From assembly GCA_964255285.1 (NCBI GenBank), contig CAXUUL010000056.1:1-42620 (forward strand): a stretch of 42,620 nucleotides of DNA, in the 5' to 3' direction. The notes beneath the pieces are model-generated. The model was not told the DNA's origin. It saw nothing but the letters and a program-made list of their open reading frames with translations, and ran no database searches. The stretch comes from Ionaspis alba (taxonomy: Eukaryota). Shown piece by piece: positions 9,068 through 21,923 of this stretch (within the stretch, counting starts at the first letter, position 1; each line of letters begins with the position of its first letter). Position numbers and translations under genes: made by a program.

Positions 9068-10333
9068 TCACTCCTTTACTAAACAACTATCCAATGTATA
9101 CCTCCTGTAGTCTTCCCAGCCAATCAAGAACCTTTCCGGAGCAGCTTTCATCCAGCCAGTGATCTCATCCTTGTCCATAATGACAATAGAGGCCAGCAGA
9201 TACGATTTCTTGGAATGCTCCCAAAGCGCTTGATCTGATGCCCGCTTCTTATGTGGCTTAGAGAAATAACGGTCGTTCTCCTCGGCCGCCCTTAATCGCC
9301 TATATTAACACCTTCGTCCGTCATAGGAATTTCGTGACATTTGTCGTAGTCAAGCATCCACAGATGTGCGACACGTTTCTGGAAGGCGTCAAAGAGCAAT
9401 GAGGCAAGATCTTCGCTGCCATCCAACACGTTGTGACGTTGCTCTTTGGCGGACGCGTCAATGCTTTATGCAGTCGGTGGGCCCCCTAGTACAAATTCGA
9501 CGTCGTTGGTGTCGACGTGACCCCCCCAATGACACAGGGCTAGTCCGATAGCTAATTCGGTAACATAGACGTGGATCTCGAGTCATATTTCCTCCGCCAT
9601 ATCGAGGTGAAGCGAGGAGTTTCGAAGGCTGAAGAAATGCTTCCGCCTTGTAGGTTGACTGTTAGGTACGCGCCGTCTTCGACCAAGGTACAAACGAACA
9701 ATACAGTCATTGTTGCCCAGGACGGACTTTACACCGTCTCTACCCTCGTCAGGGTAGAAGATGTCAATGAGATTCTCTCTAATAGGTCAGGCGAGAAGAA
9801 GAATTCTTCCCGAACACAAGACCGGCGTTCGCAGAAGTTCATGGTTGGCAGGCAACCTCTCCACATTATCGGCCCACCATTTTGGGTCGTCTGAACTGAC
9901 AATAAACAGAAGCATTGGTGTGCGCGGCGGCTTCCCCAAGCCATCAAATAATGTTTTAGCATTCGCAAAACGTTGATGGACGCGAGACTGCAGATTGAAG
10001 TCGTTCTGTAGTGCCAGAGTGGTCTCTTCGTACCTTGCTTTCTTTACGACGCGAAGATAGCCAGGTTCTTGGAAGACAATCCCGCAATATCCGGCGCCAA
10101 TTTCTCGAAATTGTTGTCGGGGGAGGTCACCCATTGGCCAGTATCTCCAGCTGCTGTGCAAGTGCGGGAGAGGTTGAAATGAACGACCGAGGGGAGAAAT
10201 TCCGCGCGAGTCGCGAATGGGCATTCTCGCCAGCAGATAGTTGCTTCTCGAGCTCTTGGAGCTCCTGGTGATGGACAACCTTTGGAGAAGCATGTGACGA
10301 CTTAACTGGCTGCTGACCAGTCGCGATATCCAT
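9068..10333 (-). pseudogene. Disrupted DUF3669-family (kinase-like fold, often annotated 'zinc finger') gene
   Basis: Family-like motifs FREIGAGYCGIVF, NDF, DCIVRLYLGRRR, FFSLRN, LALCHW..HVDTNDVEFVLG, LWMLDYD and NDRYF occur in order. They are broken by in-frame TGAs at 9787-9789 and 9583-9585 and by frameshifts near 10130 and 9290-9450. Confidence 0.75.
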
Positions 10334-10575
10334 ACTGTACGGACAACATGCACGATATGCTGGGTGAAATGACGATAACGGTTTATTTAGCAGCTTTTTA
10401 TGCACGAGAGTAGGATCTGCTATGGTTAGTAAACGTTTAGATAGATATAGAATGATCTGAAAGCGTAGTATTTATATCAATAGCTTAAAACAAGGAATTC
10501 AAAAGCGCTAGTCAATATTCAAATATGCTATATGATCAGAACCATGGAGCAGAAAATCCTCTAAAACAGTACCTC

Positions 10576-11061
10576 TTATTGGCACGGAGCCATCAGCTGT
10601 ATAATGTTTTCGATAGGATCCTGTTGCGCCATGACGTCCGCGGAAAGAGGCCATTGGAATATCGAGGAGGTCCTTTGTGCTATGGGTGGGTCTGAGAGAA
10701 CCAGTAGCGTACGAACCACGCTTTCTCTGAGAGATCCTTCGAGACCTAGTTCACTTGGTGCAATCCTTGAACTCTTGTTGTCGATCGCCCAGTCTTCCCT
10801 TGATGGATTCCACTCAGGAGATACCATAATTCTTAGGCATACACCAGGATGCTATCCATCATGTGTGGTTACCTGGCAATGCCAGACCTCTCGAACATGG
10901 GCTTTCGCTAAAGGAAGCCTTTTCAAGAGGCCATAAATAACCTTTAGGAGTTGTTGATTTCGAGGATTGCCGCCATGCCCATTCCTGAGCTCTCCCAGAA
11001 GCTCTTGTCACGAGTCTTCCCAAAGGAAGAAAGCTGGTTTCGGGGCCGCATTATCCGACAT
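10576..11061 (-). pseudogene. Possible degenerate ORF (161 codons with two internal stops)
   Basis: ATG at 11061 opens a single frame to 10576 interrupted only by TGA (11010-11008) and TAG (10854-10852). No family recognised. Confidence 0.3.
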
Positions 11062-11152
11062 TGAGATGTGATAAATCCTCAACAATACGTCAATTGTGTC
11101 CCTGTACAAGGCCTAGCCGGGATCATGGCCATGATATCCAAAGCAGTTTCCT

Positions 11153-11881
11153 TCAAGGAGCAGTTTTTTCGGGATCTCCGACGTCGCCGCTCGAGAATGC
11201 TGTCAGCCGTTCTTTCAGCACTCGAATCTCCTTTTCGTTGACTTTGATCTGACTCTTGAGCTTCTCCATGGTATCTGTCTGTGTATGCATCCTCCTAGAT
11301 TCAACAATCAGCAGTCTTTCCACCAAACAGATATCTCGCAACCTCCGGTGCATTGGAGAGACTCACGCGGAAACCAAGCTCATCTGTATGACTAGCAGTC
11401 TCGCCGTCAACGCTTCCCTCTTTCCCAGACTAGCCTCCAACTCATCCGCCCCCGTAACCCACCTCCCCCTCCCAAGTAACTTTCCCACCAATCCCTCCCC
11501 ACCCGTCGGTCTCGTCTTTATGATCTTCGCAGCCTGCACCTGCAGCTCAATTTCCACAGCCCTTACTTGCTCAAACAGTCTCCCCAAGCTATCCGGATCC
11601 AGCAAGTAGTTATCTACAACGGGTGGCTCTACACCATATATCTCGCGATGTTCAGGCTTCACAAGGTTGCGATGGGATGCAAGGATGTCTCGCCGGACAA
11701 GATCGGTCTCGAGGGCGCAAGCGGAAAAAGCCTCGTAGAAACGCTCGATATCGGTTTCGGTGCGGCGAAAGGAGCGTAGCAGGTAGGCGTATCCAATACC
11801 ACCGGCTAGAATGGCGTAGAGGAAAGTTAGGATACCAGCGATGGAGGCGGTGATGGATAAGGGGCTGTCCTCGAGGGTCAT
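11153..11881 (-). CDS. Hypothetical protein with N-terminal hydrophobic helix and C-terminal coiled coil; intron 11366-11295
   Basis: EDSPLSITASIAGILTFLYAIL N-terminus. A GTGAGT...CTGAT...TAG intron joins exon 1 in frame to RMHTQTDTMEKLKSQ. Confidence 0.78.
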
Positions 11882-12259
11882 TGAGATTGGGGTCGCAAAG
11901 TTAGGAGATAATGTTCAGTAGCAATCTAAGCAATGCTATATAGCTGTCAGCTGTAATGGGTCCGGCTTGCCATAGCTGAGATGAACGCGAGAACAAAAGG
12001 AGTCGAGGAGCAGTGCTTTTGGGTGGAACATGGCCTAATAAAGTCAACATATGACGTCGGAAACCGCCGTGGAAGGTATTCAGCAGCGGGTAGAGCGGGG
12101 ATTGGGGCCGGCTAAATCCGAGAAATCGTAGTCCGGGCGACCTTCCCTCTCTCAATATTCAATATATAGTCAAAATTCATTCTGTTCGACCAAAAGCATT
12201 TATAGTATATCATTAAGCTCTATCGTTCCCTAAGATCCATAGTTCACATCTTCAATCCA

Positions 12260-13546
12260 ATGGCTGATACAGCTCTTCCCAGCGATATGCTGGCTTGCCA
12301 AGTAATCGAGTGTACGTCTTCTCTACACCATACGCCATGCTTTATTCCGCTGACCAGAGTCTTTCCATAGTCAACAAACCTTATAGAATCCACCGTATCC
12401 CCGTCCCGTCCCCTTCCTCCCTTGCCCCGACCGAGATCCTGGTCAAGGTTGCCGTCGCCTCCCTCTGCCACACGGATAGCATGGTTGCCAAAGGCGTCTT
12501 CGGCTCCAAGCTTCCGCAGACGGCCTCACACGAAGGTGCGGGCACGGTCGTAGCCCGGGGCTCCGAGGTCACGAACTTCGAAGTTGGCGACAGGGTGATG
12601 TGTGCGCTAATGATGCATTTGTGCGGGAAGTGTCGGAGCTGCAACGGGCCGGAGAAGAATAGGCATTATTGTCCGAATAAGGGTCCCATGTTGGGGATCA
12701 CGGGAGACGGCGCATTTGCAGAGTATTGTGTGACGGATGCCAGGACGACGAATAAGTTGCCAGATGAGGTGTCTTTTGAGACGGCGGCGCCAATGGCGTG
12801 AGTGTCCGGATGTGCTTTGTTTTCCATGACACTGCGGTGGAAGTGCTGACAGATTTAGGTGCGCCGGTCGGACGATATATCGAGGAGTTGTACAAGCGGG
12901 ATTGAAGGACGGAGAGTGGTTGGCACTTGTAGGATCGGGAGGGGGTTTAGGCCATCTTGGTATTCAGTTTGCCAAGGCCCTGGGCTTAAAGGTGGTCGGC
13001 ATCGATGCAAGAGATGTGGGATTAGAATTGAGCAGGCAATCTGGTGCAGATCTTGTTGTTGATGCGAGGATAGGGAAGGAAGAAGTCGTGAAAGAAGTGC
13101 AGAAGGCCACCGGCGGCGACGGGTGCTCTGTATCCATCACGATCAGTGAGGCGCCAGGAGCGGCATCGTTAGCATGTGCGGTGACCATGATGCATGGACG
13201 AATGATACAAATTGCTCAGGTACGTGGAATGCGAAGCAAGTCGCAAAAACATTGCCGGACTGACAGTCCAAAGCCAAAAGATATCTCGGTACCCTTTGCA
13301 GAACTCATCTTCCGGGACATCAAAATTGAAGGCTCCTTGCTATGCTCTGCACAGCAAGGCCAAGAAATGCTTGATTTTGTCGCAAAGCACAAGATCAGCG
13401 TCAAGGCAAATCCCGTACATGGGTTGGAAAAAATTCCTGAATTGATTAAGCTTGTTGATAATGGTCGTATGCAAGGTAAGGGGATAGTCATTGTGGACGA
13501 GGAGGCTGTAAAGAAGGAAAAAGAAGGTGTTGGCGAATTAGTATAA
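12260..13546 (+). CDS. Zinc-binding medium-chain alcohol dehydrogenase; introns 12312-12370, 12798-12858, 13220-13273
   Basis: Catalytic SLCHTD and SHEGAG, structural Zn CGKCRSC...C, GAFAEY, AC-AG-T-YRG and Rossmann GSGGGLG. Confidence 0.93.
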
Positions 13547-13653
13547 CGATCGAATAGTAGGAGTCTGGATATCATTATACGACGCTAGCCATGAGAAACC
13601 AAGTCCAGGTAGACGCTTGCATATACAAATGGAGCGGAATAGGGCAAGCGCCC

Positions 13654-14400
13654 TCAACCAGGAGGCATATTAGTCTGTCGGTCGCGCTGTCTGATCATAC
13701 AAGGACTTCGATGCACTCCATATCCAAGATACGGGCCGGTCCAATGGCTGAGATCAATATCAACCACATCCACCTCCTGCCAGCCAAATCTGAGATATAG
13801 AGTCCGCCCTCTCATCTGAGTCGTCAGCCAGACGGGAACTTGATTCAGTTCAAGTTCTTGCAAGCAATATCGAATCAGTTTTGACCCAATCCCCTGCCTC
13901 TGGAAACTTGGAACCACCATGAGAGTATGTAAGACTAGGTCGACGAGATGAGTAGGCCAGAAGTCGGTATGAGAAAGCACCTATAGCACTCATATCACAG
14001 GAAACTGACCTGCATGCTGCTTGCCTGCCATGTGATATTCGTACAGATCTCTCAATCGTTTATGTATCATCACTGTAAATGCTCCATTCATTTCTTTAGG
14101 AAGGGTAGGTTGCATGTCGTTTGTCCTTGGCTCAAAAACGCCATCAGAGAAGACTATGATTGCATACCCAACGACCTTCCCAGTACTCTTCAGTAGAGCC
14201 TTGATGACGTGAGCATCAGCATTGGAAGCAGCAACTTTGAGTTCCTCCAGCGAGAACCGTTCTGCTAGGGAAGAATCGTAGGGCTCGCTTTCGAATATGA
14301 CACGACTGATGAGGTCGACTCGCATCGCGTATGGCAGGATAGGAGCTAGATTTGGCAGATCCTCTCCAGAGGCTGGAAGAATGTCGATGGTGTCTTCCAT
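13654..14400 (-). CDS. GNAT-family N-acetyltransferase; intron 14009-13935
   Basis: Motif A (LMVVPSFQRQGIGSKLI), VWL...GRTLYLRFGW motif B and KVVGYA in exon 1. Confidence 0.87.
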
Positions 14401-14724
14401 TGCGAGAAAACTGTATAGGATCACTGAGCAGAATGCTGGATCAATTCGTGGAAATATTTGAGGCAACGATATTAAAGTGTTGCTTTTTTCGTCGCGTCAA
14501 CAAACATCCGAGCACAGTGCCAAGCCGTTAGTCCCCAAAGTTATGAGCGGACGGGTCTGTATCGTTTACTGTGAATAAGTTTTATGTAGGCAGTTGATAC
14601 AAGTGAAAGAAGACAATCAATCGCACGCTCGAACGCTACAATTCGTGCCCCAAACCATACAATCTTCTCATCAATCCAACACCACAAATCATCACAACCC
14701 TCAGACCCCAATTACCTCCAGTAC

Positions 14725-17700
14725 TCATCTACCATACTCCAGACTCGGGATAATGACCGGCCCATACTTACTTACACCACCATAATGGCCCTCTCCTTGC
14801 ACCATAAAATCCGCCGCCAAACTCAACCTCCCGCTACCACCATGATCCGTCCTCCCAAAAGTTCCCTGCACAACCTCAGGATCATACGCAACAATAGCCA
14901 CATAATTCCTCCTCCCCATCAGCTTCTTCTGATCCCTCGGCTTGCCATCCGGATCCGTCTGGAAGATCTCCATCATGTCCTCCTTGGTATCACTGAGCTG
15001 GTTCGTGGATCTATGACCGTTGGCAGGGATGTAGAGGGGTTTGTTGTTGTGCAGGAGTTTGAGAACGTAGGCTGGTGTCGGGCTGTTGACCACGGAGGCG
15101 GAAATGAGCTGATACATTGTTTTGTGATCTGACGGCTTGCCGGGATCGTGGACGAGGCCGGCCCCGCAGCAGTTGACGGAGCCGGAGAGGAAAGTCATGC
15201 GGATGGATTTTTGATGGGCAATTCCTTGTAGAGTACGAATAAGGTAGGTTCGCTCGAGGTCCTAGTGGCTAAGTTAGTGCATTGTTGCTGTAAGTTGCAA
15301 GGATGGCGGTCGACCTTTGATTCATGAGTCCATTGATCTTTGAGCTCGTCGAGCATATCGATGTCTCCAAAGGGACTAAGGATTCCACCCATAAGACCAG
15401 ATTTCCCAACAGCCTTCTTCACAGAATCAAAGCCACTGCCCACCATCGTTTTCGCACCCACAACGCCAGCCACGGAGCTCGTCACTTTGCCAAGGACGTT
15501 GTAAGCGCCGGTCACGGCTTTCTTGCCTGTGGCCACAGTATGTGCTATCTGCTCTGCAGCTTCCAGCCGAGGATAGATGATGGGTACGGAGATCATCCAT
15601 ATACAATGCTGAACACTAGGTGGGAGCATAGCAATCTTGGGAAAGAGACCTTGATATGTGGGTCCGGCCATGACTTGATGGGGATTCCGCTCAGACCGAC
15701 AGTCAGGGCCTACAACAACGACTGCTGGTCCCATGTATTTGACAAAATGCCAGCCTGTACCGGTGATGGTGAAAATATCTGTGTCCGTACTGACATTGCG
15801 GAGCAGTTCCAAGGTGGTATGGTGCTGGAACAAGAGATACATCTCTATGCCTATGCGTCCGATGTTCTTGAACATGTTTGAGAATTGCATATACTCCGGG
15901 TACGACCCAAAGCCATCAAATCTAAGGCAAGTCAGCAATGTTGGATTACTTGCTTGCGGGAGGAGTCTTACATGTCGTGATCATCGATCTGCAGGACATG
16001 CGGAATCTGGGCAAAGGCTTCTCTGAGGTATGGTTGATCGAAATGACTTGTATAATAGTGGAAATAAGCATGAGAAACATCTTCCTCGTGCCTGGCAGTC
16101 CACGGCTCATTCTTTCGATTCTCTTTGCCACTCGTAGAGAGCCACTGTTTCAGAAGCGGGATCTCTCTCCATATTCTGTCGGCATATATCTGGTTACCCA
16201 GACCAAGTTGCGTGTGAAAACCACCACATTCGATATGCTTGGCCATTATATCTTTCCACATGAAGCCAATTCCGCCAAGTCGAGTCCTCTCGTTGGCACT
16301 GACGTTGAGTGAGAAGTCATTGCCAGACGTGGCAATAAACCGCCAATTTGTCTCATGACGACCGGCTACCAAGAACTCGTAGCGAGTGCACCCTAAATGG
16401 GAGGTAATTGCGTATGTCCATTTCGCACTGCCCGTTTCTTCCATAGTGAGATCTATCTCGTAGCGATAAAATGTCCACCGCTGGTGCCGAGATATTGGAT
16501 TGGCTTTGAGTTGTCTGGGATTCGGAGACAAGTCGAGCGTTTGATGGATATGAATCGTTGGCGGCTGAGGCGCGTCTGTCACCAGTAGTATCGAGCCCAG
16601 CCATACACCTCGCTCGATGTCCATGTTCGTGTACCGCAAATACGGCCCAAAATACACGCCATTTGTCGGGGCAACCTTGTAGACATCCACACCGCTGGAT
16701 GGCGGTGGTCCAGTGAAGCCAGTCACCGTGGGTGTTGCTGACTGCATACTCATGACGCTTTCTGCATAGCCGGGTGTCGAGGGCTGAAATCCAGGGGATG
16801 CAAGGGGTTTCCCACCAAATGTGCTCAGACCGGGTGATTGCAGTGGATTGGAAAAGACACTGGCAGAAGGTGAAAGAGGCTCATTCAGATTGAGCGGAGT
16901 TGGTCCTTTAGGGAACTCCCATTGAGTTGATTGAGTTGGCAGGTGGATATAGTAGTACTGGCCAGAGTTCGGGTCAAGGTGAGCAATCCAGCCTTCCGGC
17001 AAAGGCGGAGGGGAGGCCGGTCCAGCTCCTGGCGGTGCTGATGTGTCTGCTTGCTGATGCGATATACCCAGAGTACTGTTCTGGCCCGGCTGCGACGAAG
17101 CCGATCCGTGACGTTGTTGTGGGTCATTCGCGTACGCTGGATGGCTCTGCTCGTGCGATGTTTCGGGAATAGCAGCTGCTACTGCGGCTCCAGCAGCCAC
17201 TCCTGCGGCCGCTGCTGCAGCGGCTGGCCTTGCTCCCGGTGCTGATCCTGAGATCTGCGTATGCTTCTCGTTCGGATAACCTTGCGCAGTCGTGGAACCT
17301 GATGGTCGAGCTTGTGAAACACTAGAGTATGCAGGCGGCGGTGACCCAGATACATGTATTCGTTGAAAATCCTGTTCTAGCGCCGTTGTAGCCGGCGCTC
17401 TGCCTGGCTGGGCTGGGGGTGAGGTTTGTCTTCCTACACCAAGCGATGTATTGATTGGCGGCGATGTTGAAGTTTGACCAGGTCCCTGATAAACTGTTGG
17501 TGGTCCATGAGGAGTACTTCCCGGCAACTCTGTTGGTGTCCAAGGTCTATGCGGAGGTTCTTGTTGTTGGGACGGCGCTGCTGACTGACCACGCGGCGGC
17601 TGTGAGCCATACTGACCAGCTCTTTGTGCTGCTGCAGCATTCTGCGCTTGCAAGCTCGTCAACGTTGAGGTCCCTGCTATGCCTGCCGCAGCATATCGCG

Positions 17701-18478
17701 CTTCTATTCCTCCATCGGGCTGATCATCGGGTGGTACTATCGGGGTCTCTGGGGGAGGCGGAGACCCTCTTTGTGCTCGTGTCGTCGAGGTCGACGCCGT
17801 GGAGGCAAGTCTATTCACCGAGCTTGGCGCTGGAACATGCAGCTCACCTGATCCACTTGCATGATTATCACCAGGAGGGGGGTAATAGTGCTTGTTATAA
17901 TCATATGGATTAGATGCAGCTTTCGGCGGACTCCGAGAATCCGGCACTGCCAAAGGCGGAGGTAGCTCACCACGTTGAGGTAGCCGCTGGAAAAGACCTT
18001 CTTTATCTGGTGTTTCAGGACCTGGCGAATCAGGCAGAGGCTTTGGTGCAGTGCCTCTCCGCTCAGCTAGTCTCGATGCTTGTACCGGAGTTCCATTGCG
18101 GCCGTCTCGAGCTCGCAACGCCGAGGGGTACTCAGGGACACCTGATCGACCAGAATCCGGCGATACGGATGTAGAGGACGAAGTTGACATATAGGGCACT
18201 GGAGCTCTGCCCTGCTCGACGCTGTCCGAGTGATCAGGGTATGGCAGTCTTTCATTGCTTGGGTATCGCGGCCTGTCATCTGGGTACGGCAATGGTGCCG
18301 GTGAGCTGGATGCGCCTGGCGGAAGAGAGTAGGCATCCGGCTTGCCGACTGCAGGTTTCTTGTTGGTCCCAGGCTCTGGAGACTTGTTAATTCTCAGTGG
18401 TGCAATTGTCGGTGAGTCGGAGGTCGAGGGCTGTTCTAAGAACATCTCCTCACTCCCATGGCGCGCGCGAGAGGCCAT
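14725..18478 (-). CDS. WW-domain plus PhoD-like metallophosphoesterase-fold protein; introns 15971-15922 and 15314-15262
   Basis: Pro-rich disordered N-terminus, WW domain LPEGWIAHLDPNSGQYYYIHLPTQSTQWEFP, then GNQIYAD, DDHDIFDGFGSYP, GPDCRSER, TFLSGSV and QLISAS. Confidence 0.87.
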
Positions 18479-19192
18479 TCAAATCGAGGGCGAGCTGCAA
18501 TTTCGATGCGTCAGCAGAGAGGAAGAAATCCCGTATCAAGATCCGCAGCTCGTGATTCCTGTCGGCTGGGTTTGTGATTGAAAAGAAGTCTGAGAGTGAG
18601 TTACTTCGCCGAGGATTTGGAGGATTAGAGAGTGAAACAGAGCTCCCGCCGGACGAAATGGTTCATTATATGCAAGCAGTCAAGATATCATCCACGAAGA
18701 GGAAGTGGTTCACGAAGGCCAGATTGTGGGCCACCTGCACCTGTTTGAGAGAACTGTAATAGAGATGTACGTATTCCTAGACGCCCACTTGGCTGGCTTT
18801 GGCGGGGCGTCGAGATGATTGGTAGAGGCTTAAAGACCTGCCGAACTTTTACGCGCCGCATGCATCAAATACGACTGGGATGTCACTGTCTTTGCGGCCC
18901 GGCCCTAGCAATGATACCAATCAGAATAGGAGGTGCAACTTCCTGACAATCATGTCCAGATGAACAAGCCACTATGTTACCCGAAACGGGCGTGGAAGTG
19001 AGGCTGATATTAATGCATGGTCGTCTTGTGGCATCATCAGAATCTAGGCTCTACGTTTCACAGGCATTTTGAAGGAGAATTAGCCAAGCTTTGATATGTA
19101 AAGAGTGCATCATTACGGTGTAATCTATCAAACGATCGCCGTAGAATCAAGGAGTGTCTCAATTGGCGAAGCTGCTCATACTCCTACAGAAC

Positions 19193-21178
19193 CTAATCCT
19201 CCCCTTTCAATAGTCCCCGCAAGATCACTCCTCCAGGTCCTTCCAAGCATCCTCCGATCTCCTTATCACTAACACAGCTGCCAATTCTGCGGTCCTCTGG
19301 TCTTTTTTGCTTCTTAGAAGGCGTCAATCGTCCTAGACACAAGCCATTCACCCCTTTCCCATCGCCACCCTGCACCAGACTCAAGGTCTCCAATCCACCA
19401 ATCACATCTGCAAACTCCGTGGAGGTGAGCGGGTGTAATGCGTTTTCTCGCTGACACAATCCGCGGTACATCTCGTACACCTTCCGGATAGTTGGTGCCG
19501 CATTGGAAAACTTTGAGGGCGTTGCCAGGACGTCTGTCCTGAGTTCCGCGGTTTTCTTCTCTAGAGCAACGAGCGCGCAAAGTGCAGCCTTCTGTTGAAG
19601 GTTGAGCGATTTCAAACGCTGAGCCGTACCATTGTTGAAAGCGGAAGCTGTAACTCTCGCCACGTGCGCTATCGTTGCTCGAGGAGCTGTTTCGGGCGTA
19701 AGATGTGCCAGAGCTTGGATCAAGGGATTTTGTGGTTTCTTGAAAGTACGAGATGGCGAGGATGAGGAGGACAGGTTGGGGTTCTCGGCAAGTGGAGTCT
19801 TGGACGGGCTGTCATGTGGTGATGGAAAAACTACTTCGAGCTGCTTCTTCTTTGTCTCAGACTCAATAAGATCTAGTGAACGGCGGACGATGTCGAATGC
19901 TTTCCTTAGGTCACCAGTCTGAGATGCTACCTTTTTCGAGCAGAATTGGATTGCTGTGGGATGCAAGAACGGCACGAAGTCTTTCAAGGCGGTGCCTGTA
20001 GGAAGGAGGGTCTTCAACTTCGTGGTGATGACTGAATTGATCTGCGGAACGGTGTATGGAAGAAATGGCAGAAGCTGTGGCTTGAGGTTCCTTGCTTTCA
20101 GACGTGGAAGGAATCGATCTGTCAAATCAAGCGCGTTGGCAATTCCAATCAAAACAAGCGTTGATGTGGGATTGAGCGACCACTCGAATAACGTATAGAG
20201 AATTTCAAGACCCGAAGTGAGGAAATGATCGATCTCGTCCAGGGTAACGACGTAAGCCCGGCCCGTAGAATCACCTTTGGTAAAGAACAAATCTTTTAAT
20301 GTTGACATTTGACTCCTTTCCCCATCAATAGTATCGCAAAGATCTTCAATTAGCTTGCCGTAAATGTCATTCGGATTTTTGACACTCATGCAGTTGATGT
20401 ATGCAGTGCGGACATCTTCTCTACCATGAAGCTCACTACAGACTTCATTGACAAGCGCACTCTTTCCTGTACCTGGAGGGCCGCTGATGTATATGCAATG
20501 GCCTGACATTGATGCAGTTGCTGCTTTTAGGAATGCGCTGACATTGGAACGCTCTTCGTCCCGCCCCACAAGCCGTCCTGGATTGGTACTTCTGATGAAT
20601 AGCTGCTTTGCGGATTGGTAGATCGTCTGTGCATCACTCGGAAACGATGGTGTTCTTGGGGTGTTCGGAGTGATGGGCTTTCCTGTAGCTATACTTCTAT
20701 GGCGCGGAGTAACTGGTATCTTCTTCGACAGGACGTCGAGGTGCCGTGGTGTACTGGGTGTCAGGAGTTGAATGTTTTTGGGAGACTCTGCTTCAATAAT
20801 TAGCAATGATCGTTTATAAGACTCGACCAACATACTATTTGAAATGCTGCTGCTCTTGGCGAGTCCATTGAGCTTCGCAGAGGAGAGTGCAACTCTTCCT
20901 TCACGAATAGAAGGTCTCGTGGTGCTTCGAGCTTCATCGCTGGAAACACCGAAAGGGTCCTCCAATTCTTCAAGAACATATTCACTGTCATTACTGACGT
21001 CTTCTTGTTCGAGTCGAACGCGTCCCGGGTCAATATTCTCGTCGTTGCAAGGTCCACGTACAACTCTGCGTTTTCTGGGAGTGAATAAGGAAGTCACAGT
21101 AGATTCTGATTATTGTGTGAGTAGGTTGCCACGCAGCGGAATTGTTCCTTCCTCACCTCTAGAGCGTTTGATTGCCAT
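19193..21178 (-). CDS. CDC6: Cell division control protein Cdc6/Cdc18 (AAA+ ATPase); intron 21156-21106
   Basis: LVGRDEER, Walker A YISGPPGTGKS, Walker B LDEID, IGIANALDLTDRFLPRL, GDLRKAFD, and many S/T-P CDK sites. Short first exon MAIKRSR. Confidence 0.95.
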
Positions 21179-21263
21179 TTCTTCCGGTCGTCGCTGCTTC
21201 TCGATGTCGGAGAAACCTGTCGATGAGCTCTTGTTAAAGTGCCAGGAGGAAGGTGCAGGGGGA

Positions 21264-21286
21264 ACGCGACTTAGTGTCAATCGCGT
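21264..21286. promoter_or_regulatory. Two inverted MCB-like boxes (ACGCGA) upstream of CDC6
   Basis: acgcga at 21264-21269 and tcgcgt at 21281-21286, 86-108 bp upstream of the ATG. CDC6/cdc18 are known MBF targets in yeasts. Confidence 0.55.
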
Positions 21287-21923
21287 TTCTCGATTGCAGC
21301 CTAAGCCATCTAGCGTGAATTGATCGCGGCATCCGATTTCCCGAGCCGAAAATGCAAAGAAATCATTTTTGAAAAGCAATAATCACGGCTGTAATATTAC
21401 GGCTGCCAAGCTTTGCACAGATGTGCATACTGTACCATTTAGATTTCCACAGTCGTCCACACATGTGACCGTAGCATATAAGAATACCATGCAACAACCA
21501 TTATACTACCACCATTATGTTATGTTTATATGTATTTATTGGACACATGGTGCACTACTGATAATCTATGTATTCGTGTCTGCGCTGCGATGCTACCTCT
21601 CTTTGCCTAACTCTATTATTCGAAAAGATCAACCCAATTACCCCTTTTGCACTTCATCTTACTATTCAATAATATGAGGAGTTGAGCTAATAGCGCAGGC
21701 TAATTCATGACGATCGCGAGAGCGCCTGCTCCATTGTTTTGCGACAGTAGATTGTGGGAGAATGGTAACGGCCCAGCAATGGCCGGACAAGCATCGTGCG
21801 GATTCCCGTCATGTCTAATGGTGCTCGCTCAACTCTTTTACAAGATATACATGGAAGTGGGAGTATAACTTTTCATACTCAGCGCTTCACAATCCTCTGT
21901 CGTGCCTAGTAGATACCCTTGTT

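Noticed and set aside
10380..10570. AT-rich patch as a possible RIP-mutated transposon relic
   Set aside because: Under 200 bp with no terminal repeats or transposon-like coding remnants.
12260..14400. ADH plus GNAT (and the distant dipeptidase and Zn2Cys6 factor) as a secondary-metabolite cluster
   Set aside because: No PKS, NRPS or terpene backbone gene is present, and the genes are interspersed with housekeeping loci.
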